This document shows, in pieces, positions 49,071 through 62,107 of a DNA stretch of 64,000 nucleotides (position 1 is the stretch's first letter; every line of letters begins with the position of its first letter). Below the pieces are notes generated by a model. That model saw only the letters and a program-made list of their open reading frames with translations, searched no databases and had not been told where the DNA came from. Source of the stretch: Octopus sinensis (taxonomy: Eukaryota); assembly GCF_006345805.1 (NCBI RefSeq), contig NC_042998.1:22382001-22446000 (forward strand). The letters run 5' to 3'. The position numbers were made by a program, and so were the translations under genes.

Positions 49071-49455
49071 GGAAGCACTCCGTCGGTTACGACGACGAGG
49101 GTTCCGGTTGATCCGAATCAACGGAACAGCCTGCTCGTGAAATTAACGTGTAAGTGGCTGAGCACTCCACAGACACGTGTACCCTTAACGTAGTTCTCGG
49201 GGATATTCAGCGTGACACAGAGAGTGACAAGGCCGGCCCTTTGAAATACAGGTACAACAGAAACAGGAAGTAAGAGTGAGAGGAAGTTGTGGTGAAAGAG
49301 TACAGCAGGGATCACCACCATCCCCTGCCGGAGCCTCGTGGAGCTTTTAGGTGTTTTCGCTCAATAAACACTCACAACGCCCGGTCTGGGAATCGAAACC
49401 GCGATCCTACGACCGCGAGTCCACTGCCCTAACCACTGGGCCATTGCACCTCCAC
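49071..49455 (-). mobile_element. SINE head C + tail 1, full length
   Basis: Minus strand ggaggtgcaatggcccagtggttaggg...accgacggagtgcttcc. Confidence 0.92.
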
Positions 49456-49498
49456 TTTTAAGACGGTAGGTTGTTATTCGAAGGAGATTTAGTAAATA

Positions 49499-49889
49499 CT
49501 AGCAGTATCACCCGGCGTTGCTCGGGTTTGTAAGGGAAATAACTATATAAGCAATTTTAGAGATGTAAAGTATAATAAATATGGCTAACCATTAAGGGGG
49601 GGGGTGTTACTGTAGCTTTTTACGTTCTGAGATTTAATAATACATTTTTAGAGAGTTACTTCCCTTATATAAACCGAGCGAAAATGCATTAAAAATACGG
49701 AAAAATTATGGTAATTTTTTTTTTAAATCGTAGACTCATCGTAGACGCGCGCTAATACCCAGAAGGGCTCGATATGAATCACGACTATAAGATACCCGCT
49801 TTTGGTTAAACTGCACCGCAAAATGTGGGAGTAATTAGGAATCTAAATCGTAGGAGACAGACACACAACTTCACTTTTATATATAAAGA
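49499..49889 (-). mobile_element. Non-autonomous Helitron (same family as 41634)
   Basis: TC...hairpin...CTAG termini; shared interior. Confidence 0.9.
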
Positions 49890-50759
49890 TTTCTACCTGA
49901 CAATAGATTTTTTCGCGTCGAGTTGATTGAATAAAGTACTTAGTTAATGTTTTCACGCGATTAATGAAGTTCAATATGACGAGAGGTTGGGATACATACG
50001 ACATACAGCATTCTTGTTCACAGGAACAGAAATCCTTGTAATTGAAGTAGAAGGGACAGAAAAAAAGGAGCAGTGTATCGGAGAGATGGAAGTAAGTTGC
50101 TAAAGGATTAATTCTTTTGCTTGCTGTCAATGATATTCAGGTGTTTAACTTGTCCTACACACAAACATGCACACAGAGAGACACTTTATATATATATATA
50201 CACGAGCAAAACGTCCCTCACCGTCCAATGGACGGTGCTGAGTTGTCAAACATTTAAATCAAATTTTCTCAAAACAACTTGTCCGACCGTCTCATAGGCC
50301 TCCCTTTTGAGAAACCCTGATTTAACCTAAATTTGAGACACCAGCAAAAGAAGAAATAAAGATAGACTTTTTTTCTGCTATTCCAAAGAAAAACGATTTT
50401 ATTAACACAAATATGCAACCGAAGAGTTTAAAGTACCAGTAATGATAAGGCTGTTGACTGGGAGAACACAAACATGGTTTAAACAGTAAGCTTGGCAGGA
50501 AAGAAAAGTGCCTTTAAGCAGTACAAAAGCAGCAAAAAAATGGAAGGTGCAGTTATGTACAGGTTGACGGATGAAAAGCAGAACAAAAACGGCTTCATCG
50601 ATCGCATTCTCACCTGGAATCGATTTTTGTAAATTTTTCACGACCTATACACGCCCTGATGAAGTCAGAATCTACATATCAACTTTGAGCACAATCGGAT
50701 GGAGGATGCCCGAGATCCTGAAAGACACACACAGAGACAGAACGGATTTTATATAATAG

Positions 50760-50813
<54 letters not shown>

Positions 50814-51154
50814 TAGATAGAGAGAGAGAGAGAGAGGGAGAGAGAGATGGTCTTCAAAAGGTTGAATCAATAGACTGGACGGTGGACACTTGACCGTCGT
50901 GAATCCGTTGGTGTCAGTGGGCTGTTTCTCTCTGGTCTTTTTCATAGTGATAACCACTCCATCTGTCTTTTAATAAAACTTTCCGTTTCTTTGTAGTAAT
51001 GTTTTGTAGTAGTGTTCTGATGCGCTAAAACGCACAACTTACCATACAAATTAGGGATCAATTTTTCACTTTGGATACACTCCATTTCTTCTATGATGTA
51101 TTCTGTGTAATATCTCTGACTACAACATATTTATTTCTTTATTGCTCACAAGAG

Positions 51155-51570
51155 TCTATACATAGAGGGAACAAACAAGGACAGACAAACGGATTAAGTC
51201 GATTATATCGACCCCAGTGCGTAACTGGCACTTACTTAATCGACCCCGAAAGGATGAAAGGCAAAGTCGACCTCGGCGGAATTTGAACTCAGAACGTAGC
51301 GGCAGACGAAATACCGCTAAGCATTTCACCTGGTGTGCTAACGATTCTGCCAGCTTGGGTTTCAAATTTTGGCACAAGGTCAGCAATCTGGAAGAGGGTT
51401 AAGTCGATATCACCTACCGGCAGAGTTCAACTAGTACTTTATTTTACCTACTCCGAAAGCATGAAAGACAAAGTCGACTCCGCCGGTGTTTGAATTTAAA
51501 AGGTAAATTCGGAAGAAATACTGCTAAACATTTTTCCCGAAGCGGTAACGATTCTGCTAGCTCGTTGCCA
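51155..51570 (-). mobile_element. Two adjacent SINE A copies (one young, one old)
   Basis: Reverse-complement central domains at about 51240 and 51450. Confidence 0.85.
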
Positions 51571-52382
51571 TTGACTACAACATAATAACAAGAGCCATAT
51601 ATAGTTGAAATGAACAGACCAACTACTTAATTTCCACGAACTTGATGGATTCGTCAATTGTTAAACCTCAAGGAATTCTGGGATTTAATTTTCGTTGAGC
51701 CTCACTTTCCTCGTTGCAATTTTATAGCCGTATATCCGAATTTCCATTTCCATCTAGGTGGCATTGAAGATAATTAAAGGTTCTTAAAAACCAATCTTAT
51801 AAAAGAGCAGAATCTCTTAAGTGTCATGATTACTTTGGTGGCTTTCATTACTATATTTTTATTGGAAATCTAATCCTTTGTGAAACCTGGTCTCCAAGTA
51901 ATGTATTCATTATGCAGGCGTGGTTTCACACAATTTTCGAGTAAAAGAAGGCTAACTTTCACATTTTCTTTATTTTTTAGAAAGGCGAGTTCTCCCGCAT
52001 ATTAAAGAGTTATAGAATTCTACAATAACGTATCCCTGATCATGCGTAAAATTTATGCATAAAACTTGGTTCGGTTGGTTAACGATTGTCGTACAGGCGT
52101 GTAAATTTGTAAACCTCATTAGCTTCATGTGCACAAATTTTATTATTGCTACAATTTTACAAGTTTTGATTTTAAGATTAAAAACAATTTTTTTTTTCTC
52201 TAAATCGTCGACAGAAAATATTTATCAGCATTTACCAGGCACGAACGTGGTTTTGTAATTAAGCCACAGATTTCCAGGTTCGGCCCCAACTCACGGTGCT
52301 TTGAGCAACTATCTTCTATTTATACACTTGATTTGAACATTACTTTAGGAGTGAAATTTGATAGGACGAAAATTAAGAAACG

Positions 52383-52645
52383 CACAGTCATTTGACTGCA
52401 GCCATGCTGGGGCACCGCCTTGAAGGGTTTTCAGTCGAATGAATCGACCCCAGTACTTCTTTTTTAAAGCCTGGTCCTTATTCTGTCTCTTTTGCCGAAC
52501 TGTTAAGTTACCGTTTGTCAAGCGGTAGTGGGAGATAAACAGACACAAGATACACGCATATGCGTACGCACACACACACATATATATATATATATACGTC
52601 GGGCTTCTTTCAGTTTCCGTCTACAAATCTACTCACAAGGCTTTG
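52383..52645 (-). mobile_element. SINE family B (partial)
   Basis: cagtcatttgactgcagccatgctgg...gggcttctttcagtttccgtc. Confidence 0.8.
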
Positions 52646-54107
52646 ACTATTGTAGTTGGAAAGCAAATTTCTTATATATTATATAGATATAGATACAAAT
52701 AGATAGATAGATAAATAGATAAATAGATAGATAGACAGACAAATAGATAGATAGACAGACAAATAGATAGATAGGCAAAAAGATAGATATACAGGCAAAT
52801 AGATAAACAGATTGATAGATAGACAGATAGATAGATGGATAGATACAACATACATACATACACACACACAGACATACATAAGTAAGTAAGCAAGCACATA
52901 GGAATGAAATAATGTGGAGAAACTAGTACTCGAATACCGAAGATGGAGTGAATACTGTTTGTTAAAGCCGAAAACAAATTCCCAAAACTGTTACTCAGAG
53001 TTTCACGCAACCGTTCATTACTGTTGTAATAATACAGATTAGTAAAGCAATTTTTATAAATTGTGAGTATATATAAACATTTATGAATACTAGTTCAACG
53101 AATAAGTCTTTAAATGTCTCTCTATATAAGATAGTGGTGATTGTGACGGTGGCTGTGGTTGTTGTTAAGGTAGTGCTGGTTGAAGTGGTGCTGGTAGCGA
53201 TAGTGATACTAGTAGTGCTAATGGTTCTGGTAATGGGTCCTTGTAATCGAACGATGGGGATGCAGTTATTCGATTAGCTGACTTACCCGTTTCCGAATTA
53301 ACGTGTTAGTGTTCGAGAATTCCCGAGAATTCCGCAGACATATATACTTTTAAAGTGATTTTCAAGCGGAATCTGCACTAAATTATTCCATACAAAAAGA
53401 AAACAACAACGCCAACAATAAAAAAACCCCTAAAAGTGTGGTCGCCCTAACCGAGGATGCTTCATCACCTTACAAACACGTCTTATAAATTTAAATCAGG
53501 ATATATTTTCACTGTAAAAAAACCCACTTCACTAGCTCGTAAAAAGATTTAATTTAACTCCCAAATTCTAATGAAGTTTACATCGGACAGACAAAATTTA
53601 CCATGAGAAACATACCCTGTATTCAAATGACGACAAATACAAGATCATAGTATTATGCAGATTCCACAAAGTTTTCATTTAGACATATATGCAACATATT
53701 ACAAAATTCCTAGTCATTCACTTTGCCTTTGTTCTGACAAAACCACGGATCAAATACGGACACATAAAGGAAACAAGCTTATTAAAAAAAATCCTGACTA
53801 CTACTGAATAATATATAAGATATCAGAGACATTACATTATTGTAGTTCACATTCTTACACCCAGACACGTAGACAACCACTTAAATATGAAAAGGAAGTT
53901 ATTTCTCTATTTTTAGCTATTTGAACTGTCTGCTGTTCATACAATCACACAATATCCTCTAGAGAAATATAACCTTAACTTGTTATGGACGCAACTAACG
54001 CCCAAATTGTTATACAACTTAATATAAGGACATAGCACGTAGTTGCTATCGGTGCTGTCAAAAGACATGTTTACTGATCGAATACAGGTTTACTGATCGA
54101 AAATAGC

Positions 54108-54269
54108 CGCGGGAGTGGCTGTGTGGTAAGTAGCTTGCTTACCGACCACATGGTCTCGGGTTCAGTCCCCATTGCGTGGTACCTTGGGCAAGTGTCTTCT
54201 ACTATAGCTACGGGCCGACCAAGGCCTTGTGAGTGGATTTGGTAGACGGAAATTGGAAGAAGCCCGTCG

Positions 54270-54301
<32 letters not shown>

Positions 54302-54530
54302 TGTATGTGTATATATTTGTGTGTCTGTTTGTCCCTCCAGCATCGCTTGACAACCAACGCTGGTGTGTTTCCGTCCCCGTAACTTAGCGGTTCGGCAAAA
54401 GAGACCGATAGAATAAGTACTTGGCTTACAAAGAATAAGCTCTGGGGTCGAAATGCTCGACTATAAAAGCAGTGCTCCAGCATGGCCGCAATCAAATGAC
54501 TGAAACAAATATAAGAGTAAAAGAGAGTAA
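54108..54530 (+). mobile_element. SINE family B, full length, internal (TATG)n
   Basis: Homologous to 45122-45557. Confidence 0.92.
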
Positions 54531-55354
54531 GAGATTCAGATTTTGATGCATCTACCACATGGCCCTCTGACTTCGTGACCACCTTCGACCAACCAAACTG
54601 CACCTCAGCTTATGACAGTTTGAGATGTAATATCACCTTAGTAAGAAGCGAATTTTCACAGTCCAATCAGAGCCGAGACAAATAAGGTAGAGTTCTAGGT
54701 CCTTTCATCTAACATTATTTTTGAAAATAATGAAATTATGAAACCGGTTGATAATGTTTATAACTCATTTTAAAAGCCCACGCGTATGGCTAGCTTTTCT
54801 TTTCTTGATACTTATATTCGTGAGAAAAGAATCTTATTTTCTTTATATGTGCGCATATGTTTGTGCGTGTATGTGCACTAGTGTGTTATCCATCATTTGA
54901 AGGTTAACAGTTGGAATATGCAGTTGTCACTCCGTCAATATCAATTAATGCTACATAAATACAATAATTATAATTTCGTTTTTTCAAATTTCACGATGAA
55001 TGACTATCAATGAATTGAAAACTAATTTTCGAGAAATAGATATTCATTAAATTAGAATGAAATAAAAATTAAACAAAATTCTCGTTTGTATATTTGCGAT
55101 AAATATGTGTTATCAATAACAATAATGCTGCTTTAATTATCAATTAATTAGAAATGCAACATAGGCAACAGTACGTTCACAAATTTACCTGACTTATGAA
55201 TGTCAAAAGAGATAAGACCAGTTAACTCTTTTGAAACGGACAGTGAGAGAATTGAGAAACACTGCCAAATACAAATACATATGATATCTAATATATGCGT
55301 GCATCCGTGTGTGTGTGTATGTGTGTGTAAGAATATATATATAAATATATACAT

Positions 55355-55990
55355 ATGTCAGTTATTCAGTTTTATTTCTAGATTCTTGCCAATAAAGAAA
55401 GATCCGATTTCTAATCTAGATCCAAAGCACCTTCACTGGAATTTTAAACAACATTAACAAAATATTCGTGTTTGGTTGTCTGAATATGTGCTGTGCTGTA
55501 TTTGGAGTCAGTGCATGTAAAGATTTGTATTTATGTATTATCACTCTTGCCTAGACGTGCGCATATATACTTAAATGCTAATCTTCTGGAAAGTTTTACA
55601 GATTTTGACAGTTCTCTGGATGACTTGAATCCGTTATCTAATTAGCTTTCTCCTTTTTGGTTTTGAGACGCCTAATTTCTCAAAATTGGTGCTTAGGCAG
55701 TTTGTTATATATCCCAGTGCCCCAATAATTACAGGTATAAACCTGAACTTGTAATCCCGGTAGAGCATCTGCGAACTTCTCAATAGTTCAGTGTAAGTAT
55801 TTCCTTTTTCGCTGATCTTTAGCTTTATGTTGACATCTGCTGGGCAACTAGTTTCCACTACTGTACATAGTTTCTTTCCTCTGTCCCAAATCACTATGTT
55901 TGGTCTATTGTTTTTACATTTTGTTGGGGTTTTCACTGCGACATCCCACCAGTACTCTTTCATATTATGAGTGGTTATGGCCTCTACCAT
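55355..55990 (-). pseudogene. R4/Dong-like LINE 3' fragment (RLE), (TACA)n lineage
   Basis: EYWWDVAVKT...NNRPNIVIWD...VVETSCPAD...EKGNTY...FIPVIIGALG; 3' UTR homologous to 28130-28245. Confidence 0.88.
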
Positions 55991-56034
55991 CATGTATGTG
56001 TGTATGTATGTATGTATGCATGCATGCATGCATG

Positions 56035-56320
56035 TCTGTCTCTTCTATTTTTTAATTATTATAAATCTTCCACTGAGGAGGAAGCCGGTTTCCAACAAAG
56101 ATACAAGGCTCCATCTTTGGGATGTAGCTAGTACAGACAAATTCACATTTGGAACTTGAGAACAGTCTCGTATATTTTTACCGTTCCACTTACAGATTGC
56201 ACTTGTAATGTACCAATTAGCTGGTCGATTTCTCTTCCTGAAAATCCCAGTTTATCCAGATTCTCTTTTAAACATTTACTAAGAAAACTTAGTGCTCCAA
56301 TTATTATTGGTATGATGTAT
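56035..56320 (-). pseudogene. Sister R4/Dong-like LINE 3' end
   Basis: Minus frame IIIGALSFLSKCLKENLDKLGFS...SVSGTVKIY; UTR end shared with 15113-15170; (TATG)/(TGCA) flanks. Confidence 0.8.
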
Positions 56321-56834
56321 GTATGTATATTACGTTGGTAAGAAAGTCCAGCTGCACATTTGACAAGTATTTTGAGGGGACTTTTTCAATACCTATGGTG
56401 AACAAAAAAACATTAATTTTTGCATTATTTCGCTTCCTTTGCAGCTTATTTGATACCATAGTTGCTGTCAATTCGTAGCAAGTTTGCCTTTTAAAATAAG
56501 TTTAGCTCAAGCACTGCATGCTATATAAATTCCAAAAGAGGATCTTCAGCAATGGGGGTGACAATAAGTATTTGTTCGGTTTACGGAAATTAAGTGCCCG
56601 GATATGCCAACGATTGTTTATGCAGTTTCTTTCAGGGACGTTTTCTCTCGCAGATTATTTGACGACTAACCGTAATTGAAGGGTAATTCAAAGAAAGCTT
56701 CACTAATATAAGCCAAAAAGCTTAATTCAAGTGCCACTTCGGTCATAAAACACTTATATAAACAAGGAAAATTAATCAAAGTGCAACCCTCCGATCATCA
56801 TTGAAGATTTGTAGTTTGTATTTTTTTAAATAAA

Positions 56835-56972
56835 GCTTGCTTACCAACCACATGGTTCTGGGTTCAGTTCCACTGCGTGGCATCTGGAGCAAGTGTCTTC
56901 TACTATAGCTTCAGGCCGACCAAAGCCTTGTGAATGGATTTGGTAGACGGAAACTGAAAGAAGCCCGTCGTA

Positions 56973-57035
<63 letters not shown>

Positions 57036-57245
57036 TTGTGTGTCTGTGTTTGTCCCCCCAACATCCCTTGACAACCGATGCTGGTGTGTTTACGTCCCCG
57101 TAACTTATCGGTTCGGCAAAAGACACCGATAGAATAAGTACTAGGCTTACAAAGAATAAGTCCTGGGGTCGATTTGCTCGACTAAAAGGTGGTGCTCCAG
57201 CATGGATGCAGTCAAATGACTGAAACAAGTAAAAAAGTAAAAGAG
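56835..57245 (+). mobile_element. SINE family B (slightly 5' truncated)
   Basis: Homologous to 45122-45557. Confidence 0.9.
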
Positions 57246-57458
57246 GAAAGAGTCTTTGTTCGTATGTGATCTGTGGTTTTGTCAGAACAAAGGCGAAGTG
57301 ATCAGACTAGGATTTTTTGTAATTTGTTCTACATATGTCTAAATCAGTGGTCCTCAACCATTTTTTACCTCTGAATCCCATTGATTCACACTGTACTCGG
57401 ATAAACACACCTAGTCATTTAACATTTAAAAGTTTTATATTTCTAAAATTAAATATTG

Positions 57459-57852
57459 CTAGCAGTATCGCCCGGCGTTGTTCGGGTTTGTTTCGACCCT
57501 TTAGAATTCGAATTTTTGAAAAGTAAAAATTTTGCATTATGCAGCTTGTTATTCTCTTTAAGTTAACATTTTTCTGATTGAAATACACCGTAAAATGGCG
57601 ACACAGCAGTCAAAAGATCGTAAAAAAATAGGGATTTTCATAGAAAAAAAGCACCTTTTTGATGTAAATAATTTTTGGTGTTAACATGGTCCGATTTGAA
57701 TTTTTTTCTTCTACGGAAAGAAGAGCAAGCCTTCTTCTATCATACTCTCAATTTTGGTCAACTTGTGCTGCAGGGTCTCGGAGGAGATAGTGTTAGTTGA
57801 AGGCTACCAAACCTGCCATACACAAACAACTTCAGCTTTATATATAGAGAGA
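57459..57852 (-). mobile_element. Non-autonomous Helitron, third interior type
   Basis: ctagcagtatcgcccggcgttgttcgggtttg terminus and tttatatatagagagat other end; interior unlike the other copies; lies downstream of a cagtggtcctcaacc (hAT-TIR-like) sequence at 57346. Confidence 0.85.
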
Positions 57853-58066
57853 TTAAGAATTGTATATATTTGAGAAAAATATTTTGTGCATTGTAAAGAT
57901 ATAAACAATTTATTGTAGATATATTTTAAGAACAAAAATCTTATATTGACCCCAAACTGAAATTCGTACTACTGTCCTAAACTATTAATTATCCGCTGTC
58001 CATTTGCTGAAGCCAGTCAAAGAGAAAAACATTTAACACACGTTCATGCATATAATATACACGGGG

Positions 58067-58336
58067 CTATTTCTTTACTACTCACAAGGGGCTAAACACA
58101 GAGCTATTTCTTTACTACCCACAAGGGGCTAAACACAGAGAGGACAAACAAGGACAGACAAAGGGATTAAGTCGATTACATCGATCCCAGTGCGTAACTG
58201 GTTCTTATTTAATCGACCCCGAAAGGATGAAAAGCAAAGTCGACCTCGGCGGAATTTGAACTCACAACGTAGCGGCAGACGAAATACCGCTAAGCATTTC
58301 GCCCGGCGTGCTAACGTTTCTGCCAGCTCACCGCCT
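58067..58336 (-). mobile_element. SINE family A with a duplicated 3' tail
   Basis: ctatttctttacta..cacaaggggctaaacacagag occurs twice. Confidence 0.9.
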
Positions 58337-59049
58337 CATACACACTTATGTATCATGTACATATACATTTGTATTCATGTATGTATGTGGGGAGATAGCA
58401 GGAAAGAGAGAAAGAAAGAGACACACATGTTTGCCTGCTTTTATGTTTGACCTTATAATTTGTACTTTCAAAGAAAACATTTACTTCGCTGTTTCTTGTC
58501 TTTTTAAAGACAATTTTCTTTTTCTTATATTTTTCTTTGGTTGCTGCATATACCACATCTACAGAACTTTTAAAAAAACATGTTAAGTAGTCTTAGAAAC
58601 GTATTTTCATCACAGGTGAATTATCAGCATTGGCCTAATCATACATCAATTGAACTTAAAAATATGCTATATATTTAGCTTCTTGGTGTAGTATGCTTGA
58701 TATATAATTTAGATCTTTGATGTGATATTATATAAGAGCTGTTATCGATGTGTGTCTTAAAAAGTTTGTATATACACCTCGTAATTGTGGGTTCGGTTGC
58801 TTGGGCAATTGTTTTCTACTATGATATCGGTTCATTTTCAATATAAATGTTGATATTTATAAAGTTATTAATAAGCATGGTAAATATTCCAATGAATAAT
58901 TTATAGCAATAACAATACGACGTTTTTAAAAACTCTATTTAAAAATTTTTTATAACGAAAGCTTTTAACACCAACAGTATCTTTGACCTCTCTCTGACTT
59001 ACGCCCTGCGACAAATTGAACGGCTATTATCTATAAACATTTTTTTCCG

Positions 59050-59270
59050 ACACTCCGTCGGTTACGACGACGAAGGTTCCAGATGAAAATTAACGTGCAA
59101 GTGGCTGGGCACTCCACAGATACGCGTACCTTTAGCGTAGTTCTCAAGGAAATTCATCGTGACACAGGATGTGACAAAGGTGGCTCTTTGAAACACAGGT
59201 ATATCTTATTTTTGCTTGCTGAATGGACCAGAGTAATGTGAAATAAAGTCTCGTGCTCAAGGACGCAATG
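59050..59270 (-). mobile_element. SINE core E + tail 1, truncated by SINE B
   Basis: actccgtcggttacgacgacg...gtgaaataaagtctcgtgctcaagg. Confidence 0.75.
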
Positions 59271-59271
59271 C

Positions 59272-59330
59272 ACCATCGGTTGTCAAGCGATGTTGGGGGG
59301 ACAAACACAGACACACAAACATACACACAA

Positions 59331-59393
<63 letters not shown>

Positions 59394-59825
59394 CACATAT
59401 ATACGACGGGCTTCTTTCAGTTTCCGTCTACCAAATCCACTCACAAGGCTTTGGTCGGCCTTAGGCTATAGTAGAAGACACTTGTCCAAGGTGCCACGCA
59501 GTGGGACTGAACCCAGAACCATGTGGTTGGTAAGCAAGCGACTTACCATACAGCCACTCCTGCACCTTAATAATTCACACACACACACACACATAACTGT
59601 ATAATAACTTTCTTTTTTTCTTTTTTACTTGTTTCAGTCATTTGACTGCGGCCATGCTGGAGCACCGCCTTTAGTCGAGCAGATCGACCCCGGGACTTAT
59701 TCTTTGTAAGCCCAGTATTTATTCTATCGGTCTCTTTTTGCCGAACCGCTAAGTGACGGGGACATAAACACACCAGCATCGGTTGTCAAGCAATGCTAGG
59801 GGGACAAACACAGACACAAACATAT

Positions 59826-59902
<77 letters not shown>

Positions 59903-59964
59903 ATATATACATATATACATATATATATACATATATATATATACATATATACATATATATATAC

Positions 59965-60013
<49 letters not shown>

Positions 60014-60180
60014 ATACGACAGGTTTCTTTCAGTTTCCGTCTACCAAATCCACTCACAAGGGATTGGTCAGCCCGGGCCTATAGCAGAAGACACTTGCCC
60101 AAGATGCCACGCAGTGGGACTGAACCCGGAACCATGTGGTTGGTAAGCAAGCTATTACCACACAGTCACTCCTGCGCCTA
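59272..60180 (-). mobile_element. Two SINE B copies (59272-59565 partial; 59610-60180 full, with an expanded internal TA repeat)
   Basis: Reverse-complement matches to 45122-45557. Confidence 0.9.
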
Positions 60181-60707
60181 TCATAATGATATTTATTCTC
60201 TGATTTGAAGTGACAGTTTTTAAATATAAACAAATGACTGAACGGTTCATTGAACATGTCAAGGGAACTGTATTTTGACGTGTTCAACAAACCGTGACAC
60301 CTAAGCCAAACACCAAATCAACTTAAGTAATTTAGTAAAGCCACACATTGATTAGTCAGAATACAGTTTGCAAAACTTAACATTCTGGAGCTAATGCAAA
60401 TGTATTTAAGGCACACATTTTAGCCAGTTCCCTACAGCTGTAAATTGTAAAACATAACTGTCACCACTACTACATTAACCTGAAGATTGCATAGTTTAAT
60501 GCATGAAAGTACCAGTTCAATCAGAATGGACTTTTAATATTCTATTATTTCATTATATTATATTATATTGTATTATTATAAGATTGTAAATAAAACGTGA
60601 AAATCAGACAAAGCTGGAATTTTTTTGAGTAATATATTCTTCTATACATAATCATACACACCCATGTATGTATGTGTGTGTGTGTGTGTGTGTATGTATA
60701 TGTACGA

Positions 60708-60738
<31 letters not shown>

Positions 60739-60744
60739 TGTATG

Positions 60745-61250
60745 TATAGACTACTGCTCCCAACTATATCCACCTTACAGTATAAAATTAACGGTGGAAC
60801 TCGAAACAATCCAGCGAAACTACTCAAAGATTATCGTCTCAATGCAACATGTTAGCTACAGGGAAAAGCGGCAAAAGTTAAGAAAGTTACGCAAACAGCA
60901 GAACGGGGTTCCACTGGATAATGCCTAAGATCCCAGCCTCGCCATCAGGATACATGACAATATACCGCAATAGCTTGGGTTTCAAAAGCCCACAGCTCTT
61001 CAGTATTCTTCCAAAAAGTCTGACAAACCCGAATGGTGGGGATGTTGGTGTCTTCAAAACAAAAACTGAATCTCCTCCTCTCAAGGATACCGGATGAGCC
61101 TACAAGAAACACAGATGAGGGGAGCAACATCAAACCCCATCATTCATCAAATGCCACATATCAAGAGGTTTCAAATAGCGAAGGTGCTGCAAACCCACCA
61201 GTGGTGCCTCAGCAGGGACGCAACCCTCGAACTGAAACTAGTTAAAGAGC
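60745..61250 (+). pseudogene. CR1/L2-group LINE ORF2 3' end and tail
   Basis: YRNSLGFKSPQLFSILPKSL...DVGVFKTKLNLLLSRIPDEP resembles the (W/F)NxLP...FKxxLD C-terminus of CR1-group ORF2; tail gtggtgcctcagcagggacgc...ctgaaactagttaaaga. Confidence 0.75.
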
Positions 61251-61367
61251 CAACGAGTCAATCTTCACTTTGTTGGAGTCAATAAATTACCTGATGCAAA
61301 ATTTTCCCCGACATCTTCAACGGTAAACATTCAAAGAATCAACCTTCATTTCTTTTTCTTTTTTGAA

Positions 61368-61421
<54 letters not shown>

Positions 61422-62107
61422 ATGACTATTGAAAAGGTTGCAGGACGCAACGAAAATTTTAGGGAAATAAAAATAAGAAATAAGTGAGTTACATTATAAG
61501 GCACAAAAACAAAATGACTTTCCCCAGACACAACAGAATATGCTTCAATACACGAACTCATATAAAGAATCTTGTAAACTAAATCCAAAAACGAAATATA
61601 TATTGAAAATTAAAGAGAAAGGGAGTGACTTAAATTCTCATTTAGAATTTTTATGTCTAACCTCTAGACCGTCAAACTAACTGAACAGTGCTCCCATCTT
61701 CAATGTTCTGAGATCAAACTCCTGTAAGAGTAGACTTTACTTTTCGTACTTCGAAGTTTATTAAAAAAAACACCAGTTGTTGTGGTTGTGTAGCTCACCG
61801 TTAGCTAGTTTTCAACGATCGTATGTCAAAGGCGTACGATTAAAGATTATAGACATTTAAGTCAGATTTGGTTGCTATTTTCAGCAGTCCGAGCCACCAT
61901 TTGAAGATGCCATCGTTTGCTCGCATTTCAACAACTGTGGTTAATTTAATCTACTGTTCTCTAACTTCAAATTTATACCATTGTGCCTATCTTGAGTTAG
62001 TGCAGAACGAGCAAGCAATGCCTTGGATTATCTTAGCAGAACTAGAAACAAATTAGAAAAATGAGCAGTTGTTTTCAGGCCATATAGAATTTTGGTATTG
62101 GAGATAA

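Noticed and set aside
50656-50745. CTGATGA hammerhead-like core
   Set aside because: No properly placed GAAA/stem III/NUH could be paired (gacagaacgg); at most a decayed copy.
57085-57140. acgTCCCCGT in SINE B resembling an HDV L3 loop
   Set aside because: No P3' or P1/P2 pairing follows; it folds as a simple ttacg/cgtaa hairpin.
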